A stretch of 64,000 bases of DNA. It comes from Trichoplax adhaerens. Lineage: Eukaryota; Animalia; Placozoa. Positions 1-12,623 of the stretch are shown here, piece after piece. The DNA is taken from assembly GCF_000150275.1 (NCBI RefSeq), contig NW_002060944.1, positions 8,394,159 through 8,458,158 on the forward strand, in the 5' to 3' direction. A program made the position numbers and the translations under genes. The notes beneath the pieces are model-generated. The model was given only the letters and a program-made list of their open reading frames with translations, searched no databases and had not been told where the DNA came from. The first letter of the stretch is position 1. Each line of letters starts with the position of its first letter.

Positions 1-150
1 GTAGAACTTTGATACGATGATGATGTCTACTTTATATCGAAGATTATCTTATCCTGATAAAATAATAGCAATAAGTTAAAGTTACATTGATAGACTATAT
101 TAGTTAACGAATTACTAAGCTAGCAGTATACTCATGTTTTTTAAATATAG

Positions 151-1624
151 GATTAATTGGAAGGAAACGCCACTAGTAAAAATATTTGGTGGACAAATTG
201 AAGTAGCTTTCATTTTGATAGCTTCAATAGGTATCGTAGTGATACTGATTGCGACGACAAGCTATGCAGAAGTTCCATATACCATCATTGGCTCTACTGA
301 TGTATTAATCCATAAATCATCAAGTAGAAAAAGTAGCGACGATTTGAACATGTTTGCTAAGGACTGTAAGACATATAGTTCTATCCAATCGACTGTTATA
401 CAAAAAGATCAGATGGAAATAACAGATAACTTAACTGATGATAAACTACAAGCAATTACTGCAAAAGAAATAAGTAATTGGAATCATCTGTATCAGACTT
501 ATTATTTTACTAAAACTATGCCAAAGGAGTTACTCATTTTGTGGATAGCAAGCTTCTTTAGTTGGCTATCATATAATTCATTCGCCTATTTCTTAACTGA
601 TTTTGTTGGTCAATCAATCTATCATGGTAATCCTCTAGCAGCCGAAAATTCGACAGCTTTACATCGTTATGATCGCGGTGTCTCTGCTGGAAGCTGGGGT
701 TTCCTGGGCTGCACTGTTGTATCCGTCGTATATTCCTTGACGCTTGGGCGAATAACAAAATATATCGGTAATTTAAAGTTTTATTTTTTGTGTCTAAATA
801 AATTGTGAATCCTTTATTCCATTTTAGATATAATTAATAAATTTTGGAAAGCTCTACCCATTCAAACAAATATTTAATTTAATAGTTACCAATAGAAAAT
901 GTAACACTATTTACACGTAATATATATGCTATATAAGTAGCTAAAAATAGTCGTCGAGATTGTATTTGAAATCGATAAAATTGATAAAGAATCAAGGAAC
1001 AGTATAGTATTCTAAAATATAGGATAATTATGTTATATACATATGTTCTCTAAATTTTTATGAAGGATTTATTATTATCTCTACACGATATCTCTGATAG
1101 CTTTCAAATATAATAAGTTAGTTATTTTTGCAGGTGCAGATCGTCTGTTATTGATAGGATATTCAATTGCTAGTATTGCAACATTAATCATGGTACTAAC
1201 CAATCAAGTTATCGTAGTCCTCTGTATGGCTGCTCTTCAAGGATTTGGTTTCGCTAGTACTTTTACCTTGCCTTATGCTATTCTAGCTTCTTATCATAAT
1301 TATTTTACGGTATTTCAAGGCCATTTATAGATTATTTTTAAATTTAATCTTGATAAAATATTAAACTCTACCTAATTTTGATTATTACTTTTATTTTATT
1401 TCTAGAAAACTAAAGATAAACGATGGAATTTTAGAGAACTTGGATTAGATATCTCTTTACTCTTTGTTAGTGCGAACTTGGCCTGTATAATTACAGGTTG
1501 TTGCCTTAGTGTGATAATTGCCTTAGTCGAGTCATCTAAGGTAGCTATGATTTTCTCTAGTGTTTCTAGCGGACTATGCGCAGTTACTTGTATTTTCATA
1601 ATCAGAGTGCCTAATAATACATAA
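151..1624 (+). CDS. SLC45-family MFS sugar transporter, tandem copy A (exon 1 lies upstream of the window)
   Basis: Exons 151-767, 1134-1309, 1406-1624 (TAA) with GT-AG introns and a continuous frame. Motifs INW, MPKEL..LW, FLTDFVGQSIYHGNP and Y.RGV..GSWG are typical of SLC45/SUT proteins. Confidence 0.88.
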
Positions 1625-4119
1625 TAAAGTATTGCTACTGCAAAAATGCTCTATCTATGGGAATAAACATTATTACTAACATATGAAAGATTTATACTTT
1701 AGTTCTTAATTATTTCTCGTGAATTAGAGAATTTATTTCTATAAACTGCATAATTGGCCGCTACCCGTGACTATTTAGAAGGTAGCTAACTGAAAAATTC
1801 TCAGGCTTTTATATGTGCAGTCCTAAGTTTTCAAATCTGTACCTATCAAATTCGTAACTAGTAATTACTCACAACCATTTAGGGGATAAAATTATAATTA
1901 AAAAATTCTAGGACTTTAATATACACATGTTTCGGGTTCTCAAATTTACTGCTATTCATTGTATAAATAGCAACTACTTATGATCATTTAAAATTTTGAT
2001 AATTCAGAAATTCTAGGTATTTAATGTGTGTATGTTCCAAGTTCTAAAACAGCCGTTATTAGTTCCATACCTGGCACACTTATAAGATTCTTTAAAATTT
2101 TCTTATAATCATAATTTGATTTGATACTCACATCCTAATAATATTTTAGTTCTAAAATGCATTACTCAGTACGGTATTATTATCTCAATGATAAAATCAA
2201 GAACTCGTGAAAGTAATATTTGATAGAAAAGTCAATAACATCAAATGATAGTTGATTGTCATAAGAGATAAGCTCAGTATATCTATTTATTTAGTTTACT
2301 GGTCAAGAACTATTACTTCAATACTAACAGTTAACAGCGATACTGTCTCCAGAGCTTAACACGTGACAAAAATGAAATGTATCTGATTATTTTAAAATAA
2401 GTAATCTTTGATCTTTTTCAAACTATCATTAAACTGGAAAACTTATTGATTACTACTTATATTGACAGGACAAGCTTTGATCAGCGATTATCTAAGACTG
2501 TAAAATAAGATCTTAGTTAAAATAATTTTTAATGAGTACATTGAATAATTAAATCTTATGGCGTGGATACAACTTAACGAATTCTATCAATTTAAGATAT
2601 TTTCTTTTCTTTATTATTTGACATATAAATTAGCGACATAAAATGTGATATTAGTACAACTTGTTAAATTAGAATATCGATCTCTAGACTATTAAGCAAA
2701 CATTAGACATATCGTCTTATTCATTACGATAAATATTCAATACGGTAAATATTCGTTATCATTTTTAATTTCTCTAAACAATGATTATATTAGTAACTCT
2801 TCACAAATTATCAGAGATTTCTAATTATTACACAACTTGATGTATAGAATTGGTTGAAAGTTGTATACAAGGTAGAAATTTTAGCTAAATTTTCATCGAT
2901 TACTCTTGAAATAGTAGGCGAAACGGATAGTATATAAGCTATATATTACGTATGCGAATTATACATCGTAGAAGCTGATGGCTATATAGCTTCTTTATAA
3001 TTATAGCAGCTGATAGCGGTATCTCGTTCTATACTATCAACGGGTACTCTTAATCGAAAAATGGAATTACATTTAACACACCTCTTAAAAAACTACAATA
3101 AGACCTTAATATATTTTCTCAACAATATTGTATTGATCGTTGCATGCTTACTAAATAGCATAGGATGATAAGATAGTAAGATGCATAATAGTCGAATTTT
3201 AGAGTTGAATAAATCTTGTTCATTTCCTGGTAGTAACTACGTGTATCTGTTTATATGGTAAAGGTATTTTATCAAATTAGTTCACTTACGCTTTCGGTAT
3301 ATTGCAAGCCAGCGATTATAACGCTCTACGGCTAGATATAAAATAATAAGATATTGTCCGAGTTTATTGAAAGGTAGATCTACATAATAGCTGATTGTGA
3401 AATCCGATGATACAACATGAAGGTCTTTATAACCGCAAAGTATTTTCCTAGTTTTTTATTAATACTATCATCGAGATGAATCTAAAAAATTTTTTAGATT
3501 AATCAAGCTAGTGCTTTGTAAATGGAGTTAAAAATACCATAATATTACTATACAGTTCCTTCTAAAGTAAACATTTCCAATGTAAAGATAGCTTTTCTTT
3601 TGTAATTAGCCACTTTACTTCAAGTTTATAATTTTTAACTTTTTATTAAATTTTATCAATTTAAATATAGCATCTACTTTAGATTTATAATTTTGATTAA
3701 GATCTTAGCTTAATTTCAACTAATAGCTATATAATCGCTAAGATTAAATCGAAAATGTCTAGCATACGAGCTGTAAGCTTAGCCGTCGTTCGATTTAATG
3801 AAATTTTTAACCAACAATAATGAAATAGATAGTAAAAGTCAATAATTTCTAGCAAAATGTTCTGGATATTCTGCTAAATCCATTAAGAGTTAATTCACTT
3901 GATTGTTACTCAGCTTTGACTATTTATATTCTATAAATCGACATATGTTTACCTAATTATAGCCTATATGGTAAAATATCTGCACGTGTTAACGGTGATT
4001 CCTCTATATTTTTATATAATTACTATCCTCTCCAAGTCAATTTCGTCTATATTTGTGACGGTAGCTGGTAAGATCATTCTATCAATATTTCAATTATTTA
4101 ATTTTAGTATCATTTCTAA

Positions 4120-6870
4120 ATGGATCAGTCTAGAGACGAGAACGACACTCATAGAATACAAGAAGCGGACAGCAGCAATAATCATGATGGAAGCGAGGAT
4201 GAAACACAAGAGCTTAAATCAAACTCAAAATACGATAAGAGACTAGTAATCAAACTAGCGATATTATCACTTGCATCATTTCCTCCTGAAGCTTTCTATA
4301 CATTTTATAGCGTCTTTGCTGTACCGTTGCAATTAAAACTAGGAATACCTATCGGACTGACACTAATTCCTATGATTATTGCAAGTGTTATCGGATTATT
4401 TTTAACTCCAATTATCGGTAATTTATCTGATCAATGTACTTCTCGGATTGGAAGACGACGGCCATTTATCATAGTTTTATTTATTATAAATTTAATATCT
4501 GCTGCGATGATATCCTATAGTCGAATAATCGGTGATAAGCTATGGCCGCATCATTTACTAATAGGACGTATTTTACTCATCATTGGATTGATTATAGACA
4601 TGATATGCTGCTGTATGCTATTATCGCCTGCTAGAGCTTTCGTAATGGATGCTGCTCCGATTGATATACAAGTTATTGCTAACAGTTTAATAACTTGCTC
4701 GGCAGGCATTGGAGCAGTTGCTATTACTGCGATTAGTGGGTTAGTTTCCAATCTAATGTCGATAGAATAGTAAACTTTGATAAGATGAGGATATCTATCT
4801 TGACATCGAGTATTATCTTATTCTAATTTTATAATATTAAGTTAAAATTACATTAATAGATTATATTAGTTAATTCATTACTAAGCTAGTAGTATACTTA
4901 TGTTTATTAACGTAGGATCAATTGGAAAAAAAAACGCCATTAGCTAAAGTTTTCGGAGGACAAGTCGAAGTAGTTTTCATTTTAATAGCTGCAATATGTA
5001 TCATAGTGATGCTAATTGCCACGGTAAGCTATGCAGAAGTTCCATATGTCATCGTTGATTCTACTGAAGCATTAACCCATAAATCATCAAGTAGAAAAAA
5101 TAGCGACGATTTAAAAATTTCTACTATGGATAGTGAGGATTCTAATCCTGTCCAGTTAATGGTTATACAACACGATCAGACGGAAGTAACAAATGATTCA
5201 ACAGAAGATAAACCACAAGTAATCACAGCAGAAGAAATAAGTAGTTGGAATCATTTCTATCAGACTTATTATTTTGCTAAAACTATGCCAAAGGAGTTAG
5301 TCATCTTGTGGATGGGAGTTTTCTTAAGCTGTACGGCGTACATCGCATTCACCAGCTTCTTAACTGATTTTCTTGGCCAATCAGTTTATCATGGTAATCC
5401 TCTAGCAGCGAAAAATTCGACAGCTTTATATCGCTATAACCATGGTGTCTCTATTGGAAGCTGGGGCTTACTGGGCTGTACTGCTTTTTCCATTGTATAT
5501 TCATTGGCGCTCGGGCAAATAACAAAATATGTTGGTAATTTCAAATCTTGATTATAAGCGTAAATTAGCAATGTATATTTATTTTGCCGGGGCTACTATA
5601 GTTTGAATAGGATTTATTTGTGGGTAACTAATGTTATCTTGACAAGCGGGAATCGTCACTAAGTACGGAATAAAATACGAGTAAATAGTGCAATATTTAT
5701 ATAGCGGTATTGAAAATAAGCTCTCTTCTAAATTAGCTTGGAATATTCCTTCATCATGAAATAAAATTTAATGTATTAATTGTCAATAGCAAATGCAACA
5801 CCACCTACATATATTACGTACGAAAGTCGTTAAAATAGTAGTCAAGATGGCCTTTAAAATTGGCGAAATTAATGAGAAATCAAGAAACAGCACAGTATTC
5901 TTAAATCTGAAGACTGTTATATCCATATTAGATGTTTACTGCTGATGTAATGACTGACGTTAGTCTTAATGTCAAGATTTAAATATGACTCTTTATTTAG
6001 TGTAATTATCTATATTTAGTAACTTATACTAAATATGAGTACATAAAAGAAAAGGTATTTAAGGCTGTGCAAGCTAAGCACAGGGGAGAGTTTTTACAAA
6101 GAGTTGTTGTTTAGATCGGTTCTTGTTGTTCTTTGGTAATATATCGCTATTAATTCAGTTGTTGTTCGGTTACTAGTTGGTAGCTTCTATTTCATAGTAG
6201 TAAATTGAATATAGCCAGATCTAGAGTCTGTTTTTATTATGATTCATTACAATATCTTAACAGAGACCAAGCTAAATAAATATAGATCTTTTCTAAATAT
6301 TTTAAGAAGGATCCAACTATTATAATAAAATACTTCAGATAGCTTTCAAATATTAAGTATTTGTTATTTTTTGCAGGTGCAGTACCTCTTTTAGTGATTG
6401 GATATTCAGTTACTGGTATTGGAACATTAGTCATAGCACTAACCAATCAAGTCATCGTAATACTCTGTATGGCTGCTCTTCAAGGAATTGGACTTGCTAG
6501 TGCTTATACCTTACTTTTTGCCATTCTGGCTTCTTATCATGATTATTTTACGGTATTCAAATATGCTTATGATTATTTTTAAATTCAATCTTAATAGGAT
6601 GTTAAGGCTTACTTTTTATCATGATGGTCATTACTTTTATTCTATTTCTAGAAAATTAAAGATAGCCGATGGAGCTTTAGAGAACTTGGTCTAGATATCT
6701 CCTTGCTCACTGTTAGTTTAAGCTTGTCCTGTATCATTACAGGTTGCTTTCTCGGAGCGATAGTTGCCTTAGTTCGTTCATCCAGAGCAGCTATGATTTT
6801 CTCTAGTATCTGTAACGGGCTATGTGCAGTTAATTGTATTTTTATATTCAAAGTGCCTAATGATGCGTAA
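4120..6870 (+). CDS. SLC45-family transporter, tandem copy B (frameshift in an A9 run at 4926-4934; pseudogene or assembly error)
   Basis: Exons 4120-4739, 4916-5534, 6377-6552, 6652-6870. Has the SDQCTSRIGRRRPFI signature. After the TGG of INW there are 9 A where copies A and C have 7 nt, giving an early TAG in the spliced frame. Confidence 0.85.
5914..6263. mobile_element. 350-bp insertion in intron 2 of copy B, MITE-like
   Basis: Absent from the homologous introns of copies A and C. Ends are CTGTTA...TAACAG and it is flanked by AGA on both sides. Removing it restores alignment to copy C at ~10582-10615. Confidence 0.5.
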
Positions 6871-8731
6871 TGAAGTATTGCTACTTCCAAAATGATTTAT
6901 CTAAAAGGGAAACAATTATTGATTATTAACTTATGGAGGATTATTGTTTCAAGTCTTGATCATTTTCGTGAAATAATAGAATTCATTACTTTTGTAGCGT
7001 TTACTTCTAAATACGGTATAGTTTATTTTTAGTAAAGTATTAGTTTTCACTAGACTGTAGCATAATTCTAAGACTATAACATAACTCTAAATATGTATGA
7101 TCTACTGCATATTTAACAATTTACTCTGTAGAAATATCTTGTACTTTAGCCAATTTATAATGTAGCACTAGCTTAACATAGAGGTAACCTATTTTCATGA
7201 GTCATTCTCGCCAATAAATAATTTCTTCCTGCTGTGCTCCTAACATTATAAAAGCTATCTTAAATCTATCTCGTTAGTTTGCTCTGGTAGTTACATAGTA
7301 AGCTTGCACGCTTTACCTATTCTACACTACTATAGTTATTCAACTAGTCACGTCTTTACTAGCACGATAATCTTACACGGTTATTCTCTTATACTAGCTC
7401 AATAAAGGTTACTCTTCCGTTAACTATTCTATTGTACGTTATTGCAACTAATGCCGAACTCTCAACCTTTCGAAACATCATAACTTTTAATTTGCCGAAT
7501 AGTCGCATAACGTAATATATAATATAGCCTACAGACCAGTAACTGAAGATTTATTAATTTGATGTGAAGGACAGCGGAAATATTCGTGAGATTCCGATAA
7601 TCGCGTATACCATTAAATTATATAATATCCTCGAACCTAATTTTGAAATAATATTTTTGTCTTTTTAACTTTGGTTAAATTACAGTGGAGAAAAGCCATA
7701 CGTGTACATTCTATCCTAACATCAATTTTACGGAAGTAATGTACCTCACATACAATTTCGAAATACCATAAAGTACAAAGTGCTCCCTGTTTTAGAGGAA
7801 ACAGGATGAAAATTTTAAGGGTGGGCGCGATACATTTGCTGTTTGGTGTACAGTACACATAAATACCTCCTAAAATAAATGTAACATAGTAATCAATAAT
7901 CGTCTAGAGAACTGGCTGATCAAATATATATACAGTACTTTCATTGCAAATATTCTATGCTATCAACATAAAAATATAATAGGGAAGTACACCAATAATA
8001 ATAATATTCGCCTCAACTTGTCAAATTTCTACTAGCAATCTCGTAACTAGCTATACGATCATTCTTTAATATCAAATTATGTGGTGGCAGTGTAACGAAG
8101 TTGCATGGATTGAGAAGTTCGTTGGATAAATTGCTAAATCGTAATTATCTTGATCACTGCCTGTGTAGATGCTACTTTATGCACGTTATTCACCATCCCC
8201 TTTTGATATGATAGCTTGATTAAGCCACTGAAAGTGAAATTTATGGAAGCTCAAAATTACAGTATATCTTAATAAATTAGACCATAATATAGCAGGAAAG
8301 AAAAATTGATTGATTGTTCTGCATTTTGTGCATCCGAATACGGTGTAAAAGTATAAAGTACAGTATGGTATATACAGGGACTTTTAGAAATCCCTGGTAG
8401 GTGCCAGTCACTGCAGTGTTACCAATCAAGAAGTCGGACGGTATTATTTTAGATTTTCTCGATAATGACATATTCTGAATATTACTTTAGATCCATTCGC
8501 ACTTAATTCACTTGATTGTTATTAGGCTTTGTCTGCTTATATTCTATAAAGCGACATATGTTTACCTAATTGTAGTCTATATGATAGAATATTAGCTTGT
8601 GTTAGCTGTAGTTTCTCTATGTCTTTATATAATTACTATCCTCAATGAATCCTTCAACATTTATCTAAGGCGGAAGCTAACAAAATCATTTTCTTAATAT
8701 TTTAATTATTTACTTTTATTATCATTTCTTA

Positions 8732-11190
8732 ATGGATCAATCTAGAGACGAGAACGACATTCATAGAATACAAGAATTGGACGGCAACAATAATCATGAT
8801 GGAAGCGAGGATGAAACACAAGAACTTAAATCAAACTCAAAATATGATAAGAGATTACTAATCAAACTAGCGATATTATCACTTGCATCATTTCCGCCTG
8901 AAGTTTTGTATAAATTTTATAGCGTCTTTGCTGTACCGTTGCAATTAAAACTAGGAATACCTATTGGACTGACACTGATTCCTATGATTATTGCAACTGT
9001 TATCGGATTATTTTTAAGTCCAATTATCGGTAATTTATCTGATCAATGTACTTCTCGGATTGGAAGACGACGGCCATTTATCGTAGTTTTATTTATTATA
9101 AATCTAATATCTGCTGCGATGATATCCTATGTCGAATAATCGGTGATAAGCTATGGCCGCATCATTTACTAATAGGACGTATTTTACTCATCATTGGATT
9201 GATTATAGACATGGCATGTTGTTTTATACTATTCGTACCGACTAGAGCTTTCGTAATAGAAGCTGCTCCGAATGATATGCAAGTTATTGCTAACAGTTTA
9301 ATAACTTGCTCGGCAGGCATTGGAACTATTACCGTTACTGTGATTAGTGGGTTAGTTTCCAATCTAATGTCGATAGAATAGTAAACTTTGACAAGATGAG
9401 GCTACCTATCTTGACATCGAATATTATCTTATTTCAATTTTAAAATATTTAGTTAAAACGATATTGACAGATTATATTAGTTAATTCATTACTAAGCTAG
9501 TAGTATACTTATGTTTATTGATATAGGATTGATTGGAGAGAAACGCCATTAGCTAAAGTTTTCGGAGGACAAGTCGAAGTAGTTTTCATTTTAATAGCTA
9601 CAATAAGTATTGTAGTGATGTTAATTGCTACAATAAGCTATACCGAGCTTCCATACGCTATTATTGATTCTACCGAAGCATTAACCTATAAATTATCAAG
9701 TAGAAAAAGTAGCAACGATTTAAAAATTTCTACTATGGACAGTAAGACTTCTGATTCTATCCAGTCATCTGTTAAACAAAACGATCAGATGGCAACAATA
9801 AACGTTTCAACTGAAGATAAACCACAAGCACTCACAGCAGAAGAAATAAGTAGTTGGAATCATCTCTATCAGACTTATTACTTTGCTAAAACTATGCCCA
9901 AGGAATTATTCATCTTGTGGATGATAAGTTTCTTTAGCAGTTCATCATATATTGGATTCACCAGTTTCTTAACTGATTTTGTAGGCCAATCAATCTATCA
10001 TGGTAATCCTCTAGCAGCGGAAAATTCGACAGCTTTGCATCGCTATAACCGTGGTGTCTCTGTTGGAAGCTGGGGCTTACTAGGCTGCACTATTTTATCC
10101 ATTGTATATTCTTTGGCGCTCGAGCGAATAACAAAATATATCGGTAATTTAAAATCTTAATTTTGTGTGTAAATTAATTGTGGATACTTTATTTCTTTAT
10201 AGCCGTTGTAGTGTGAATAGAATTTATTTACGGTTAATTAATTTCATCATGGCAGCCAGAAATCGTAACTAACTGCAAAATAAAATACGAGTACATGATA
10301 AATTTTAATATTAGTAGGTATACAATTAAGCTATCTAAAGACTGTTAATTACAATTAATATATGAGCATCATAAGCACTATACTAACTAACATTTTAACG
10401 AGTATCTAATAAATAAATTTGGAATATTTCTTCACCATGAAACAAATATTTAACTTAATTATTTCTGAAGGCAAATAGAATACTATCTACATGTATTATG
10501 TATGAAAATCATTATGATAGTCGTTAAGGAGGTCCTTAGAATTGACGATATTCATTAGAAGTCAAGAAACAGCACTTTATTTAAACTTAGAGGCTAAACT
10601 AAATACATAGATATCTCGAAATTTTTATGAAGGATCTTATTATAATAGTAAAATATTTCAGATAACTTTCTAGTTTAAAGTGTAGGTTTATTCTTGCAGT
10701 TGTAGATCGTATTTTAGCGATTGGATTTTCAATTGGTGGTATCGGAGCATTAGTCATAGGACTAACCAATCAAGTTATCGTAGTCCTCTGTATGGTTGCT
10801 CTTCAAGGAATTGGATTTTCTAGTGGTTATACCTTAATATTTTCCATTCTAGCTTCTTATCATCATTATTTCGCGGTATACAAATATGTTAATGGATTAT
10901 TTTGAAATTCGATCTTTATAGAATATTACTACTTTACATTATGATGATCGCTACTCTTATTCTATTTCTAGAAAATTAAAGATAATCGATGGAATTTTAG
11001 AGAACTTGGTTTAGATGTCTCATTATTCTTTGTTGGTATAAATTTGGCCTGCATCATTACAGGTTGCAGTCTCGGCGTGATAGTTTCCTTAGTTCATTCA
11101 TCTAGAGCAGCTATGATTTTTTCCGGCGTTTTAAACGAAATTTGTGCAGTTATGTCTTTATTCATATTCAGAGTGCCTAATGATGTGTGA
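8732..11190 (+). pseudogene. SLC45-family transporter, tandem copy C (1-nt deletion after 9130; pseudogene or assembly error)
   Basis: Exons 8732-9350, 9527-10143, 10700-10875, 10972-11190 (TGA). TCCTATAGTCGA in copy B is TCCTATGTCGA here, splitting exon 1 into two ORFs. The rest is open. Confidence 0.8.
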
Positions 11191-12623
11191 TAAATTTTAT
11201 GTATTGCTACGTTCAAAATGATCCGTCTAAGAGAAACAATCATAAATTATTAACGTGTAGAGGATTAATATATAAGGTCTTGATTATTTTCGTGAAATAA
11301 AAATTCGTTACTATTAATTGAATAAATAGCAATTATTCATAGTAACTTAGAAGTTAGCTGCTTAAAAAAGTTTGACGACTTTTATATGCATGTACTAGTT
11401 CAACAATCTATCACTTAATCGCTGACGATATGTGTATGTTGTAACGGTGTAAGTTATTATGCATGAATTTCTGTTGCGGTTTTGGCATGTATCTATTATA
11501 TACAGTATTGTCCATTTACGAAACGGTCTTATGTCGCATGCAATGCGATATAAATTATGTCCAGAGATTATAACGCACGATATCCATATAGTCATCTTTA
11601 TGTGCAACTCCATACACCCCAACTTCTCAAATTTTCTACTAGTAATCCCGTAACTAGCAACTACTCATGATTATTTTATAGTACAACTTGGATATTTTAA
11701 AAAATTCTATGAATTTTATGTATATATACGATCTAAGTCTATCGATAAATAAGTACTCATGATCATTTATCAGATGAATAAGTAAAGATCATAGACTTGT
11801 AGTGGTGCTAAAAGCTCTTTAACTTCTCTTATATTTGGTAATTTAATTCGATACTCATATCCCGATAACATATTGCTATAGATTGCAGCATCGAGTAAAG
11901 TATTAAATATGTCGAAGATAAAATCAAGAAGTCATGAAAATAATATTTGATACAGAAATTAGTAATGTCTAATAATAATTAATACCTAATAATAGTTAAA
12001 TAGACATAAGATTTACCATCAGTAAATCTATTTATTTTTTTAACGTCAACAATCGCTTCAGTTGTAATAATTAATAACGAAACTGTATTTCATGAGAAAC
12101 AAATGATGAAAATGAAATATTTAATTATTTTAAAATAGGCAATCTTTCATCTTGTTCAAATTGTCATTAAAATAGAAGACATGTTGACTACTTTATATCA
12201 ACAGGACAAGCTTGATCAGTGATCATAGGCTATAAAATAAGATCTCAATTAAAATATTTCTGGGCTAAGCTTACAAAAGGACAAATCGTTACAGGAAGAA
12301 CTGGATCTTTGCGGTAATCATAAATATTCATATCCTTATTTTATAATAACTGAAGGGATAGCAGAGCAAATACGTATTATTTACTTATAACTATATAATA
12401 TGAAATAGATGATGCTTAATCTCATATACACTGTAATGCAAACTTTAATCTGTTATCTAAATCATCTAAGTTAGAAGATTTAATATCTATAGAGATTTAA
12501 GTTAACTTAAAGTCATCCAATACTTTCAAAGTAACGAAGAAAAATTAAAGTCCAATTCATTAATGCAATTTATTCAAGTTTTCTCTAATGTATTGGGTCA
12601 TTATAGTAACATATTAATATTCC

